From Eledone cirrhosa (lineage: Eukaryota), in the NCBI GenBank assembly GCA_964016885.1, contig OZ024740.1, positions 365,118,001 through 365,182,000 of the forward strand: 64,000 nucleotides of DNA, in the 5' to 3' direction. Below the pieces are notes generated by a model, which saw nothing but the letters and a program-made list of their open reading frames with translations, did no database searches and was not told where the DNA came from. Below are positions 28,361-41,372 of this stretch, one piece after another. Position 1 is the stretch's first letter, and each line of letters opens with the position of its first letter. A program made the translations under genes and the position numbers.

Positions 28361-28364
28361 TATA

Positions 28365-29157
28365 TGGATTACCCACACGCGACATTGACTTCTAACCAAA
28401 ATCTCCAAACATCCGTGGAACTTACCAACTTTTCAACCATCCTCTTACACCATCACCTATATAACTCACCCACACACACACACTCCAAAACAATTTTTTT
28501 ATCCACACGCCACCCACACCCACAACACGCTTAAACCACACACACGTGCTTCCCACCACATATTTACACCCTCAGCCTCCTGACTCCTCCCCACCCCCCA
28601 CCCCCTATCCACACACGCACAGACACTCCGACCCACAAAAACACCCCCCACACACACCTTCCTGAACATGCAACCCCGTTCTTCCCCCAACCCTTACTTT
28701 CACATACACACACACACACGCACACCTAACCACACACACCACCTTCAGCCCTCCCCGCTCGGACACCCCGTCCCCCTCTCCCCACCCGCCACCACCCCTA
28801 ATCACCCCACACCTTTCCACCACCTGTTTACCCCCCTTTTAATTTCAGTTTATTTTGATCATGGCTTTATTTTTTAATTTTCTCATTCCTTGTATTTTGA
28901 TCATGCTTTATTTTTATTTATTATTTATTATATTTTTTGTCTTTATTTGTTAATTTTTCATTCGCACCGTTTCCTTTCGCTATATGTCTCTCGACCACTC
29001 CCCTACACACCTTTTGAACTCTGTTCCCACACACTTCTCACCTGAAGAAGGGCTTATGCCCGAAACGTCGTCCCCCACCTACCCCCCACTCTCCTGAGCG
29101 TGAATTTAATAAACATTTATCGTACTGCCTCTCTGTTCTGTCCCTGTTCAATTTTTC

Positions 29158-29160
<3 letters not shown>
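28365..29160 (+). mobile_element. family A 3' fragment
   Basis: Reverse-complement homolog of about 3845-4630 with the same 3' terminus. Confidence 0.85.
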
Positions 29161-29197
<37 letters not shown>

Positions 29198-29200
<3 letters not shown>

Positions 29201-30886
29201 GTTTGAATATGTGTAATAAGGCCAAGACAATGCAGGTAGGGACATAGAAAAAAGAATGCAATAGTGAAAGATATTGATGTGAATTCGTCTTTCACCTTGA
29301 ATTTATTTAAATGTCCTTAATTTTCGAGATAATATCTCTTCTTCGGAGGGAAGTAAAGGTCTCAAACCAGCGTCTTTAAATCTCTAGCCAAGCCATGCTG
29401 ACCGGAAATAGTATAGAGTATCTGTTCTAACTCTAATATCAAAGAATTAAAATTAGGTGGAAAAAGAGTAGTCTCCCTTTAAGAGGGTTTTTTTTAGGGG
29501 TTTTTTTGGAGGGGGGGGTTTTAAATTTTATATACGTGCCTGTATATGTGTGTGGGAGAATGCATGAAGGTGTAGGTATGTGGGTGTGTGTGTGTGAGTG
29601 TGGGAAGATAGGTCTAATCGTAAAAGTGGGGGGTAGGTGTTATCTGGTGTTAGAACTGGTTTTGTGTGTGTATGTGTGAGAGAGAATAAGTGGAGGTGTA
29701 AGCGTGTGTGTGTGCGCGCGTGTGTGTGTGTGTGTGGGGTGTGTAAAAATGGGGCTAGAGGCCCTATCAGGTTATAAATTGGGTGTTGAGCTCTAGTCTA
29801 TTATTGATTGGTGGATGTGTTCTATCTATAATAAGTGCTTCCTTAATTCTAAGATTGCCGAGGTTTCTTTCCTTAGTTTCTATCCTAACTGTTATGTTTT
29901 TATCGGTGTTTTTGCATTTAACTAGGTGTTTCTTAAATGAGGAAGCGTTAGTATTGAGGTGTTCTTTTATTCTTATGTGGAGTGGTCTGGTGGTGCTACC
30001 TACGTAGAAGTTGTTGCATTTGTCACACTCTAGTCTGTATACTACGTAAGCCTGGTGGCATAGGTCTGTGTCGTTGATGGGGAAGTTGGCTAGTCTGCAG
30101 CAGTTGTCATGTCTGGTGGAGTGTCTCTTGGCCAGCCGTCCGCGTAGAGAAGGACCCGAGTGGACCAGTTGGATATCCAGTCCCTCTCGTCTGATGGCTC
30201 TGCGGATGGCTGTTGTTGTTTCTTCACTGAAGTGTGGGAGCTTCAGGAAGCAAGTGTTAGTGCCTCGGGTGTGGTGTCCTCTGTTCTTTCTGGCATGGTT
30301 TGTGGTGGATGTCGTGTATCCGCTCAGTTTGAGTACTTCCAAGAAATGTGTGGTGTGCGTGTCTCGGTCTCTGGCGTCGGTGCATTTGTTCTTGATACGT
30401 GCCAGTTCGTTCTTTATGTATCCGAACTTGGCACCGAGTGGGAGGGCCGATCTGAAATGTACGAACAGGTCCCTGCTGGCGGATTTTTTATAGAAGCAGG
30501 TGTGGATGTTGCCTTCCTCTGTTACCCTGAGTTGGAAGTCCAGTAGGGATAGGGATCCGCGGTCATCGGGGTGTTCCATGCTGAACTTTATACTGGCGTC
30601 CATGCTGGAGAATATTGTGTATATTTTCTCTGCCTCCTCACGGGATGATGTAAGGATGAGTATGTCATCTACATATCGGGTGAAGAAGGCATGGGAATGG
30701 CAGGTGTTGAGGGCTCGGCATTCTAGCTGGTTCATGTAGCTGATGGCCAGCAGGCCCGAAAGGCTGGATCCCATGGGTAATCCTGTTGTCTGTCTGTATG
30801 TGTGGTGGTGGAAGGTGAAGTACGTGTTGGCTACTGTGAAGGACAAAAGCTGGTGTGTCCGTCGGGTGGAGGCCGTAGCAGTGGAT

Positions 30887-30890
<4 letters not shown>
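29198..30890 (-). mobile_element. PLE family L (Nematis/Poseidon-like), 5'-truncated
   Basis: ORF 29767..30846: GLPMGSSLSGLLA, FTRYVDD, VVYRLECDKCNNFYVGSTTRPLHIRIKEH; HHR-like CCT-CCGAAGA-A-GAGAT(ATT)ATCTC-GAAA-AT-TA-AGG at 29315-29349. Confidence 0.88.
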
Positions 30891-30967
<77 letters not shown>

Positions 30968-30969
30968 TA

Positions 30970-31007
<38 letters not shown>

Positions 31008-31043
31008 TATGAATATATATATATATATATATATATATGAATA

Positions 31044-31191
<148 letters not shown>

Positions 31192-31214
31192 TATATATAT
31201 ATATATATATATGA

Positions 31215-31373
<159 letters not shown>

Positions 31374-31421
31374 TATATATATATATATACATATATATAT
31401 ATTCATATATATATATATATA

Positions 31422-31507
<86 letters not shown>

Positions 31508-31935
31508 TATATATATATATATATTCATAGTTAAAAGAATAGAGGTGTAACACACAAGTTATTATATATAGGTAAACGGAATAGAAAATGCTGACAAATT
31601 GTTCACAGTTGAAAAATGGTTTAATTAGGGATAAAAGAGTATTAGTGATTGTATGGGTTAGTATTCAGTTGTGGTTTTAAGTTTTTAAGATTTTACCGGT
31701 TACGCATTTCTAAATGCTTTTCAAAAATAATTTTGAGATAGAATGTCCGTGCTGTTTGCTCTGATCTGATTAGTTTTGGGAATTCTACCTGTTTTTATGT
31801 TAAAAAAGTGGCTCCAGCACTACTTAGTGTTTGCAAAAATTCTTGTGGTCAAAACAATTTTGATTGGTCGGTAGAGGTCATGTGAATAAAAAATTGGTTT
31901 TGCGCCAAGATTGAGAAATGACTCTTTCACAACAA

Positions 31936-31969
<34 letters not shown>

Positions 31970-32359
31970 TAGTAGTAAGGTGTTCGATGTTGTGACAATG
32001 GTTAGCAGGGATGTGTTTCAAATGGCTATTAAGATAAGTGTGTGTGGGGGGGGGGGGGACCAGTATTTTTCCCCCTGCTAAAATGGTGTACATTATTCGA
32101 TCTTTTCAGTAAAATCGGTTCTCTTAATAGAACATCAAAAATCTTAACAATAAAAGTGTGAAATGATATTCACTATATATATATACACATACATATATTC
32201 ACTATATATATATATATATACACACATATTTTTTCTGTTGCACCATAGACCATGTGTGTTTACGTATGTCATTGTGTTTATATGTGGGTAAAGATGTGTG
32301 CTGATGTAGGTATGTATGTTGACGTGTGTATGTTGTGGGTTCGTCTTAGGGAGAATTGT

Positions 32360-34627
32360 TTAGACGGGGTCCGTATTTGTTAATGAAGTAAGATTCTTTA
32401 CTGGTGCGCTGGGTGTGGGAAAGATTCTGAAGTTGGGATGATTTTGGGCGGCACAGGTATCAATGTGTTCACTCAGTGGTATTTTCCTGTATTCCCGTAT
32501 TTTAATTTGGGATCTATGGACAGTCATGCGGTGGCGGAGGCTGTTTTTGGTCTGGCCTATGTATTGTTCTCGACAACCTGAGCAAGTTAATACATATATT
32601 AGATTTTCCGATGCACATGTGAAATTGTGTTTTACTATAAAACGTTGTCCATCTTTGAAATAGAATTCCGAACCCTCTATTAGGTTGATGCAAATGCCAC
32701 AGTTGGGTCTATCGCATTTTTTTACTGTGGGTTTCGTTGTTGTGGTTGGCAGTACTTTGGCATGTGTTAGGATGTTTTTCATTGACTTGGATTGTCTTTT
32801 GCTCTTTATGATATCGTGTGTTCGTAGAATTTGGTTCATTCTATGGTCCTTTTTCAACACAGGGATGTTCTGGAGGATGGTGTCATTGTTGAGGGGGTTG
32901 TGTGTGGAGATGTATGGAAGAGCTTTTAGTTTCGGTTGATTTACTTTAGGGTGTCTAAGGTCCTGGGTACTGAGTTTTAGGGCACGTTGGATTCCATTGT
33001 CAATTAGTGATGCAGGGTAGTCCCTGCCTATGAGTGTGTCCTTTAGTTCTTGTAGCCGTAAGTAGCAGATGTTTTTATTGGAGACTATAGTACAGATTCT
33101 CTTGGCTAAGTTGTAGGGAATATTAATTTTAACGTGTCTAGGGTGGCAAGAGTTGAAGGGGAGATATTGCTTGGAGTCTGTGGGCTTGTAGTATATGTCT
33201 GTTTCTATTTTTTTGTTATGGATCTTAATGAGGATGTCGAGGAAGGGGAGTTGTTGATGGCTGTATTCCATCGTGAAGTTAATATTCGTGTTGAGCCCAT
33301 TTATAAGGGTGTGAAATTCTTTAAGTTTTTCGATGTTTTCGTGCCAAAGGATGAAGCAGTCATCTAGATATCGCTTCCAGTTCCTTTCAATGTGTAAGTG
33401 GAGGGTGTTTCCAAATTTGTTTAGGACTTTAGTGTAGAGGATGATTTCCAGGTATCCCATGACTAGGTTGGCATAAGTGGGGGCTGTTTTCGTTCCCATA
33501 GCGGTCCCAGATTTCTGCCTGTAGGGTTTGTTATTGAAAACGAAGTAATTGTTCTCCAAGATAAATTTGAGTCCCTCTATCACGAATTCTTTTTTGATGC
33601 GTTGTGGGAGTTCATTGTGGAAATTATCCAGCCAGAATTGGATAGCTTCTATTCCTAGGTTGTGGGGGATGTTGGAGTATAGGTTGACTACATCGAACGT
33701 CACTAGTAGGGTTTGTTCAGAAAGTGGCATATTAGGGAGGTGATTGAGCATATCTAGGTCGTCCCTTATATAGCTTTTGATGTGTTTGAGGAAGGGTTTG
33801 AGAAGGGTATCAATGAAGTTGCTAAGACGGTGTGTTTCGCAAGCGGCGCCTGCTATTATAGGTCTTAATTTGAGATCATTGGGTGAGGGGACATTGATGA
33901 CTATGTCTGTGGCTTCCTTGCATGCCTTACTTATTGATTCGCTTTTATGTACTTTAGGGATACCGTAGAAAAGGCTGGATTTACTTGTGAAGTCTGTGAT
34001 GAAGCTGAATTCCTTGTTAGTGAGTCCTTCTTTGTATTGGTTGATTAGAGTTTTTAGGTTTCTCATAATTTTCTGTTGATTGTAGTGTTCAGCCTTTTCG
34101 TAGTATGTTTCGTTTTCCAAAGTGGAGAGCGCTAAGTTGATATAGAATTCTGTCTCCATTAGGACTACTGTACTCCCTTTATCAGCCTCTTTAATTGTAA
34201 TGGTTCTGTCGGTTTTTAATCTATTTAATTCTTCCCATTCTTTCTTGTTGAGGTTTGGCTTGTGTTTTTGTCTGTGCAAGTGTTGGTAAGGGAAGTTTGT
34301 GATGTGTTCACAGAATTCGTCCAGGATTTTATTTCTAACTTTTGAAGGGGTGTAATTGCTTCTATTTCTGGCTAATGATTCATCCTCATTGTACTGGTCG
34401 AATAGTTGTTCACTAAGTCGTAACTTTCTACAGAAGTCTGTGATGTCTTCCTTCATTTCATAGTAGTTAGGACGTAGTGGGGTCGGTGTGAATTTAAGAC
34501 CTTTGGAGAGTAAGTTGATAAGGTTGGGTGTTGGTTCTGCACTAGTAAGATTGATAATTTTTATTACTATCGGTTTCTCCTCCCTGTCTTGTGTTATTTT
34601 GTTTGCCTGTATCTGTGTGCTGTGTCT
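32360..34627 (-). CDS. PLE RT-GIY-YIG ORF2 (frame open from 34627; EN C-terminus appears deleted)
   Basis: IINLT, LLSKGLKFTPTP, EADKG, FYGIPKVHK, FDVVNLYSNI, GTAMGT, RYLDD, CDRPNCGIC, LIY...YIGQT. Confidence 0.9.
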   Translation of the reverse strand, partial: RHSTQIQANKITQDREEKPIVIKIINLTSAEPTPNLINLLSKGLKFTPTPLRPNYYEMKEDITDFCRKLRLSEQLFDQYNEDESLARNRSNYTPSKVRNKILDEFCEHITNFPYQHLHRQKHKPNLNKKEWEELNRLKTDRTITIKEADKGSTVVLMETEFYINLALSTLENETYYEKAEHYNQQKIMRNLKTLINQYKEGLTNKEFSFITDFTSKSSLFYGIPKVHKSESISKACKEATDIVINVPSPNDLKLRPIIAGAACETHRLSNFIDTLLKPFLKHIKSYIRDDLDMLNHLPNMPLSEQTLLVTFDVVNLYSNIPHNLGIEAIQFWLDNFHNELPQRIKKEFVIEGLKFILENNYFVFNNKPYRQKSGTAMGTKTAPTYANLVMGYLEIILYTKVLNKFGNTLHLHIERNWKRYLDDCFILWHENIEKLKEFHTLINGLNTNINFTMEYSHQQLPFLDILIKIHNKKIETDIYYKPTDSKQYLPFNSCHPRHVKINIPYNLAKRICTIVSNKNICYLRLQELKDTLIGRDYPASLIDNGIQRALKLSTQDLRHPKVNQPKLKALPYISTHNPLNNDTILQNIPVLKKDHRMNQILRTHDIIKSKRQSKSMKNILTHAKVLPTTTTKPTVKKCDRPNCGICINLIEGSEFYFKDGQRFIVKHNFTCASENLIYVLTCSGCREQYIGQTKNSLRHRMTVHRSQIKIREYRKIPLSEHIDTCAAQNHPNFRIFPTPSAPVKNLTSLTNTDPV

Positions 34628-35595
34628 AAAAAATGGTTGGGGTAGAGGGGTTGTCTGCTGATGTTAAGTGGTCTCCTGTGTTTGTTATATTCCTTGTTGT
34701 TGTAAAGTGTGGTTCGGGTTGGTGGTTGTAGATTGAATGGGGTGTTCCTGTACTGCGAGTATGGGTGTGTGTTTCTATGTGCAATGTTGTATTGTGGTGT
34801 TATAAGTGGCCTACGTTGTTGGTTGTATCGTGTGGTGTGGGTTTGTTGTGTATTGTGGAAGCGAGAGTTGAGAAAATGGTAATTACTTTGCTGTCCCCTT
34901 GAAGCGGGGAAGTTGTTACATCTATCATGGCGGTGGTATCTTTTCCCTATGTTTGACGATGAGGCATCCGCGTAGTAGTTGAGTGATTTGGTATGGTGTC
35001 TCCTTGAAGGGGGAAAGTTGTAAATGTCATTCTGGGGGAGATGATTTCTTGGGTTTTTGTTCCTTCTTATGGTAACGAGGTTGGGAAATTCATCTTCGCT
35101 GTGGTGCTTCCTTCTTCGTTTGTTAGAGGCTTGGGGGTTTGAGAAGTTGTTGTGCGGTTCAGTTATGGGTTTTCCTATTTTTATGAACGGGTTATTGGAG
35201 GTGTAATCCGTTTGAAAAGTCGATTCATAGTGTAGGAAACAAGCGGCACTTTTTTCCCAGCGTTGAAGGGATTTCAGTTCTTCTCTGTTGCAGTCCCCTT
35301 TCCATAATTTGGAGATCTTCTCTACCTTGGGGCCTTCAGTTTTGTTGTTGATTTCCAGGAGGATCTCTTCATCGATGGTTTTGATTTTTTCCTCATTTGT
35401 CTGGGCCCTCGGTTTAAGAAGTTCAATTTCTGTCTTCATTTTTTCCAATGCCATTCTTTCCCTAAGGTGTCTTTGAGGTTCGGGTTCGTTTGGAATGGAC
35501 TTTATTTGTAGTTTACGGGGGAGAGTTAGAGGGGTTGAGTTAAGCCATTTTTCATATATCTCTGCTTTGTTGTGATTTTGTATCATCTTCCAGAT
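34594..35595 (-). CDS. ORF1-like protein: coiled-coil-like helical region plus basic, low-complexity C-half; 5'-truncated
   Basis: About 330 open codons, e.g. RERMALEKMKTEIELLKPRAQTNEEKIKTIDEEILLEI; overlaps ORF2 in the -1 frame. Confidence 0.65.
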   Translation of the reverse strand: MWKMIQNHNKAEIYEKWLNSTPLTLPRKLQIKSIPNEPEPQRHLRERMALEKMKTEIELLKPRAQTNEEKIKTIDEEILLEINNKTEGPKVEKISKLWKGDCNREELKSLQRWEKSAACFLHYESTFQTDYTSNNPFIKIGKPITEPHNNFSNPQASNKRRRKHHSEDEFPNLVTIRRNKNPRNHLPQNDIYNFPPSRRHHTKSLNYYADASSSNIGKRYHRHDRCNNFPASRGQQSNYHFLNSRFHNTQQTHTTRYNQQRRPLITPQYNIAHRNTHPYSQYRNTPFNLQPPTRTTLYNNKEYNKHRRPLNISRQPLYPNHFLDTAHRYRQTK

Positions 35596-35770
35596 TTTGC
35601 AAACACCAAGTAGCGCTGGAGCCACTTTTTTAACATAAAAACAGTCTTGGCGCAAAATCAATTTTTTACATTCACATGACCTCTACCGACCAATCAAAAT
35701 TGTTTTGACCACAAGAATTTTTGCAACACCAAAGTAACGCTGGAGCCACTTTTTTAACATAAAAACAGGT
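35596..35770 (+). repeat. inverted copy of 31790-31925, with a ~50-bp internal direct duplication
   Basis: GCTGGAGCCACTTTTTTAACATAAAAACAG twice; CACATGACCTCTACCGACCAATCAAAATTG shared with the family K 3' UTR. Confidence 0.8.
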
Positions 35771-36283
35771 TTTATCTTAGTTTCTTGTCCTATTCTGTTA
35801 AAGTTTTATTTTAGTTTCTTGTCCTGTATTTTTAAAGGTTTATATTCCAATAATATTACTTTTTTTTGCTGTACGCATTTTTCTATCTGGTCTAATATTT
35901 TTTAAGGCAATGCAAGCAACAACTGTCTAATAATTAAATGATCATAGTGAATTACTGTCAAGTGATTGATATTCTAAAGTTTTTTTGAGTATAATTGCAA
36001 TCTAGTTGAGGCAACTGGCTTAATGACGAAGCTACGTCATTTCTGGATTACCTCCCCTAGCGTCACGCTTACTACTCACTCACTTGAACACAAGATTTAT
36101 CAGCAAACTTTGATTATAAACTTTTTCCCGCTGGACCAAATTTCTAGATTTTTAAGCCAAAAGATGCGTAATGATCTACTGTTCATGCTCATATAAGTTT
36201 TATCTCAGTTAAATGAAGTAGAACCGCGCTGTACTGTCGTAAACAGACGATTGCCAACGAAAACATATATATATATATATATA

Positions 36284-36413
<130 letters not shown>

Positions 36414-36467
36414 TATATATATATATATATTCATATATATATATATATATATTCATATATATATATA

Positions 36468-38706
36468 TATTCTTATACTTTGGGAGGGTCATGTTGCCAA
36501 TAAGAAACACACGCACCAGTTGCTTTCACTTCAGTTTATTATAATAAATTTATAAATTTAAGAATTTATAAATTTCTGGTTGGTTGGTTGGTTCCACAAC
36601 CAGATAGTTGTTTATATATTGTCAAAGTTCTTTCGTCACACATTCTGTGACCTCTTCAGTGACTGGGGATTCTTTTCTTCTTTTTTGTTTCTCTCCTTTG
36701 TTCTGTCCTCCGCCATTTTGTTTCTGTGTGTGTGTTGTGTGCTCAGTCTGCACATGCGCCACATCCGGGTGTCTGTGTGTGTTTATATTCGTTTATTTAT
36801 TTGTTTATTTACATGTTACCGGTTGGTTGTTTGTTCTATGTGCGTGTGTGTTTTCATTTTGTCCTTAATTGTAAGTTGTGATGTTGCTGTTCCACTCATA
36901 TTTTCTATTTAATTTTGGTTGTAATTCTTTTATGTTTATTGCCTCTGTGATTTGTCTAAACATTGCGTCTTTTCTGTGTGTAGATTCTATTTTTATTTCT
37001 ATGTTCTCTAATTTACCCTTATGTTCTATTTTAGCATGTTGGTAGAGTACAGATGATTCTTTACTATCTTGAAGGTCTCGCCAGTGTTCATTTATCCGTT
37101 CCCCTACACTACGAGCTGTCTCACCTATGTACACTATATTTTTGTCTCTACATTGTCCTTCAGTACATCTTATGCTATATACTACATTTCTAGTTTTACA
37201 GTTAATATGGGGGCTTATTTTACAGGTTATACATTTCTTATCTATACAGGGGCGTCTTTGAAAAGGGTATGTCTTGCTAATAAGTGTTTTTACGGAGGTA
37301 CCTGGTCTTTCTACTATCTTAATATTGAGTTTATGTTTATCTAGGGCCCTTCTAAATTTGTAAGCTAATTCACCTCTAGAGGTTGTATCGATGAACATTA
37401 CACTCTGGTATTTATTGCTATCATACCATGAGTTTATTCTATTAGCCTTATTCCTAGTTCTTTCTATTCTATTCCAAAATTTGCTCCTATACAAGGGGCA
37501 GGTCCCATTTGTGTCATTATTTACCATTTTTTCCCATTTGGTTCTGGCTCCTCTATACACTCTGATTTTATCTCTCTGATTGTAACCAGAGAACTGCATA
37601 CGGTGGATGAAGTGTTGTATGTGTCTCTCTAGTTCTTCGGCGTTGCACATGCGGGACACGTTTCTCATCACCCGTACCAAATCCGCAATCAGAATGTTGA
37701 TTTTGGTATGGTCCGAAACAGCTGAGTTTCGGTGGATCAAATGTTTGGAAGTCATGGGTTTGGCATAATGGGAATGGAGGATTTGTTTTTTGTTATTAAT
37801 GGTATCTAACCAGAGCTCTGTGTCTAGTACAGGTAATCGATGGTTGGGGTGTTTACTTGGGTAGTGTATAGTAACTCTAATACTCTGGTGGATGGAGTTA
37901 GCTATTTGCTGGATGCTTTCCATTGTGTTTTTCTCTAGTTCCTGACTGTTCTCTAGTGGGGGTGTCTTAACTACGATGTTTATATCATCAACGTAGCGGG
38001 AGTACATTATCAGGGTTAAGGGGTCTTCTAATTGTTCTTTAAGTTTAAGTTTAATTCTACTGTCCCACCATACCATGAATGAGTTAGCTATGTCACCTGC
38101 AATGCTAACACCAATGGCTGCTCCTTCCTCTTGGGCATATGTTTTTCCATTAAATTTGAACATATGTTCCTTAAGGGTTAGTTTTATGCTGGCCCCTACC
38201 GCATGTGCAATCATTTTCTTCAGTTCATCGTGGTTTTCGGGTGTCCGTATGGCTCTGGTCCACCCGTTCCATCTATCTGTGTGGGTTTTCTTGGCCATTG
38301 AGGTAATGGTAGGGGGTCTGCCTCTTGCTGGTCCTGTAGGGCACAGGTTGCTAAGGTCATATGTGTCTAGGTAATTATTACTATTGTTGTGGAGAAATGC
38401 GTAGAAATGATCAGTGAGAGCAATGTTGAGTTCCGTGGGATTGATACCAGTGAGCTGGGACTCCTACTTAAACTTACCTTTCTGTGACGAAAAACCTTTG
38501 ACAATATATAAACAACTATCTGGTTGTGGAACCAACCAACCAGAAATTTATAAATTCCTAAATTTATAATTTATTATAATAAATTGAAGTGAAAGCAACT
38601 GGTGCGTGTGTTTCTTATTGGCAACATGACCCTCCCAAAGTATAACAATATCGGTTTCAACACACGTTTTCAGATAAAGAATCTTGCTAAACAAATTCAG
38701 AAACGA
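36468..38706 (-). mobile_element. PLE family C copy with an inverted tail-bearing pLTR at its 5' end
   Basis: ORF 36865..38298 is intact RT core-EN; + strand ORF scrap 38421-38480 (VEFRGIDTSELGLLLKLT); + strand pLTR end 38481-38706. Confidence 0.92.
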
Positions 38707-38758
38707 AATATATATATATTCATATATATTTATATATATATATATTCGTATATATATA

Positions 38759-38843
<85 letters not shown>

Positions 38844-38924
38844 GTATATATATATTTATATATATATATATATTCGTATATATATATTCATATATATATA
38901 TATATATATATTCGTATATATATA

Positions 38925-38961
<37 letters not shown>

Positions 38962-39002
38962 GTATATATATATTCATATATATATATATTCGTATATATA
39001 TA

Positions 39003-39036
<34 letters not shown>

Positions 39037-39188
39037 TATATATATATATATATATTCATATATATATATATATATATTCATATATATATATATATATTCA
39101 TATATATATATATATATATTCATATATATATATATATATTCATATATATATATATTCATATATATATATATATTCGTATATATATATA

Positions 39189-39222
<34 letters not shown>

Positions 39223-39305
39223 TATATATATATATATTCATATATATATATATATATTCTGTATATATATATTCATATATATATATATATATTCGTATAT
39301 ATATA

Positions 39306-39391
<86 letters not shown>

Positions 39392-39417
39392 TATATATAT
39401 ATTCATATATATATATA

Positions 39418-39477
<60 letters not shown>

Positions 39478-39692
39478 TGCTACTGTACGTCTGTATACAT
39501 ATATGTATGTACGCATACACACATATATATATATTCATATATATATATTCATATATATTCATACATATATATATATATGAATATATATATATGAATATAT
39601 ATATATATGAATATATATATATAAATATATATATATATGAATATATATATATGAATATATATATTCATATATATTCATATATATATATATAT

Positions 39693-39922
39693 ATTATTAT
39701 GTAATAAACAATATAAGGCAATTATTCCATTTACCAGTGGTTTCTTAAAAGCAAAAGGTTTTACTTTCAATCCTCAGAACGAAAAAATCCTGGTTTGTTT
39801 ATTGAATTTGGATTTTAAAAACAAAAAAAGCAAGCTATATGAAAGTGAGGCTGGAGAAGGAAGAAGGAAAGGAAAAAATAAAAACAAAATAAGACTACCC
39901 ATACAACCACACATACACGAAA

Positions 39923-39980
<58 letters not shown>

Positions 39981-40189
39981 ACGCATGTGTATGCGCGCAC
40001 GCACGCACGCGTATACAAATATAAATATATTTCTCCCATACACATGTGTGTGCGTGCGCGCACGCACGCGTATACAAATATAAATATATTTCTCCCATAC
40101 ACATGTGTGTGCGTTGACTATTTCGTGCATATGTATATGTGCTTTTGTGTGTGTGTATGTGTGTGTATATATGCATGTGTGTGTGTGTA

Positions 40190-40222
<33 letters not shown>

Positions 40223-40245
40223 GTATGCGTGTGTGTGTGTAGATA

Positions 40246-40293
<48 letters not shown>

Positions 40294-40679
40294 AATGTTT
40301 GTATATGTTTGTTCTTAGAGGAACAAAGGCAGACAGATTTCTGTATTCAGATTGGAGCCAATCCTTATCATTGGCTTTCTCTTTAGCTTACAGGTGTCTG
40401 TAAGATCAGTATGGTGTCAGTCATGGTAGATAGTTTTGGAGGAAGGGGAGATTCCTTAAAAGCTAAATTCTTAAAGGTTCTAGTATATTGACGAAGGTTT
40501 AGGGAATTCTGTGGACAATTTCTAAGTATAATCTATACAACTGTAGCCATAAATTCACGAGAAACTTTCAACAGAACATACCCTGCGCGTATGCGCGCAT
40601 GCACGCACACACATGTGTATGGGAGAAATATATTTATATTTGTATACGCATGCGTGCGTGCGCGCATACACATGCGCGC

Positions 40680-40737
<58 letters not shown>

Positions 40738-41040
40738 GTGTATGTGTGGTTGTATGGGTAGTCTTATTTTGTTTTTATTTTTTCCTTTCCTTCTTCCTTC
40801 TCCAGCCTCACTTTCATATAGCTTGCTTTTTTTGTTTTTAAGATCCAAATTCAATAAACAAAACAGGATTTTTTCGTTCTGAGGATTGAAAGCAAAACCT
40901 TTTGCTTTTAAGAAACCACTGGTAAATGGAATAATTGCCTTATGTTGTTTATTACATAATAATAATTAAGCTCTGTTGCTTACATAGAGCACTCTTTTTT
41001 CCTGGACTTTTCCGACGGAATTACTTCATTCACACACATA
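39693..41040. mobile_element. family F inverted two-arm insertion
   Basis: About 39693-40060 is inverted at about 40590-40965; tail 40966-41040. Confidence 0.85.
40872..40931 (+). ncRNA. type I hammerhead ribozyme, family F
   Basis: TTTCGTT-CTGAGGA-TTGAAAGCAAAA(CC)TTTTGCTTTTAA-GAAA-CCACTGG-TA-AATGGAA. Confidence 0.85.
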
Positions 41041-41081
41041 TATATATATATATATATATTCATATATATATATATATATAT

Positions 41082-41271
41082 AACGAAGGAAATGTGGTAA
41101 GGAACCAGGTGGACCATAACGCACCAAAGTACTCAATACTTGAGGTAGTAGAGTGGGTAATTGGAACCAGTAAGACCCCGACAGCTGAGCTCAAGCCGTT
41201 TCGACGGCTAATTCTGGACTAGAATTAGCCGTCGAAACGGCTTGAGCTCAGCTGTCGGGGTCTTACTGGTT

Positions 41272-41273
<2 letters not shown>
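41082..41273. repeat. 53-bp-arm hairpin (family H pLTR remnant) plus ~80-nt tail
   Basis: 41163-41215 is the reverse complement of 41221-41273, with loop GGACT. Confidence 0.85.
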
Positions 41274-41359
<86 letters not shown>

Positions 41360-41372
41360 CATATATATTCAT

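Larger units (their letters stand above)
31530..35595 (-). mobile_element. Neptune-like PLE, family K, with an upstream ORF
   Basis: RT-EN ORF plus ORF1; 3' UTR with degenerate HHR TTGAAAA-GCATTT(AG)AAATGC-GTAA-CCGG-TA at 31690-31728. Confidence 0.88.
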
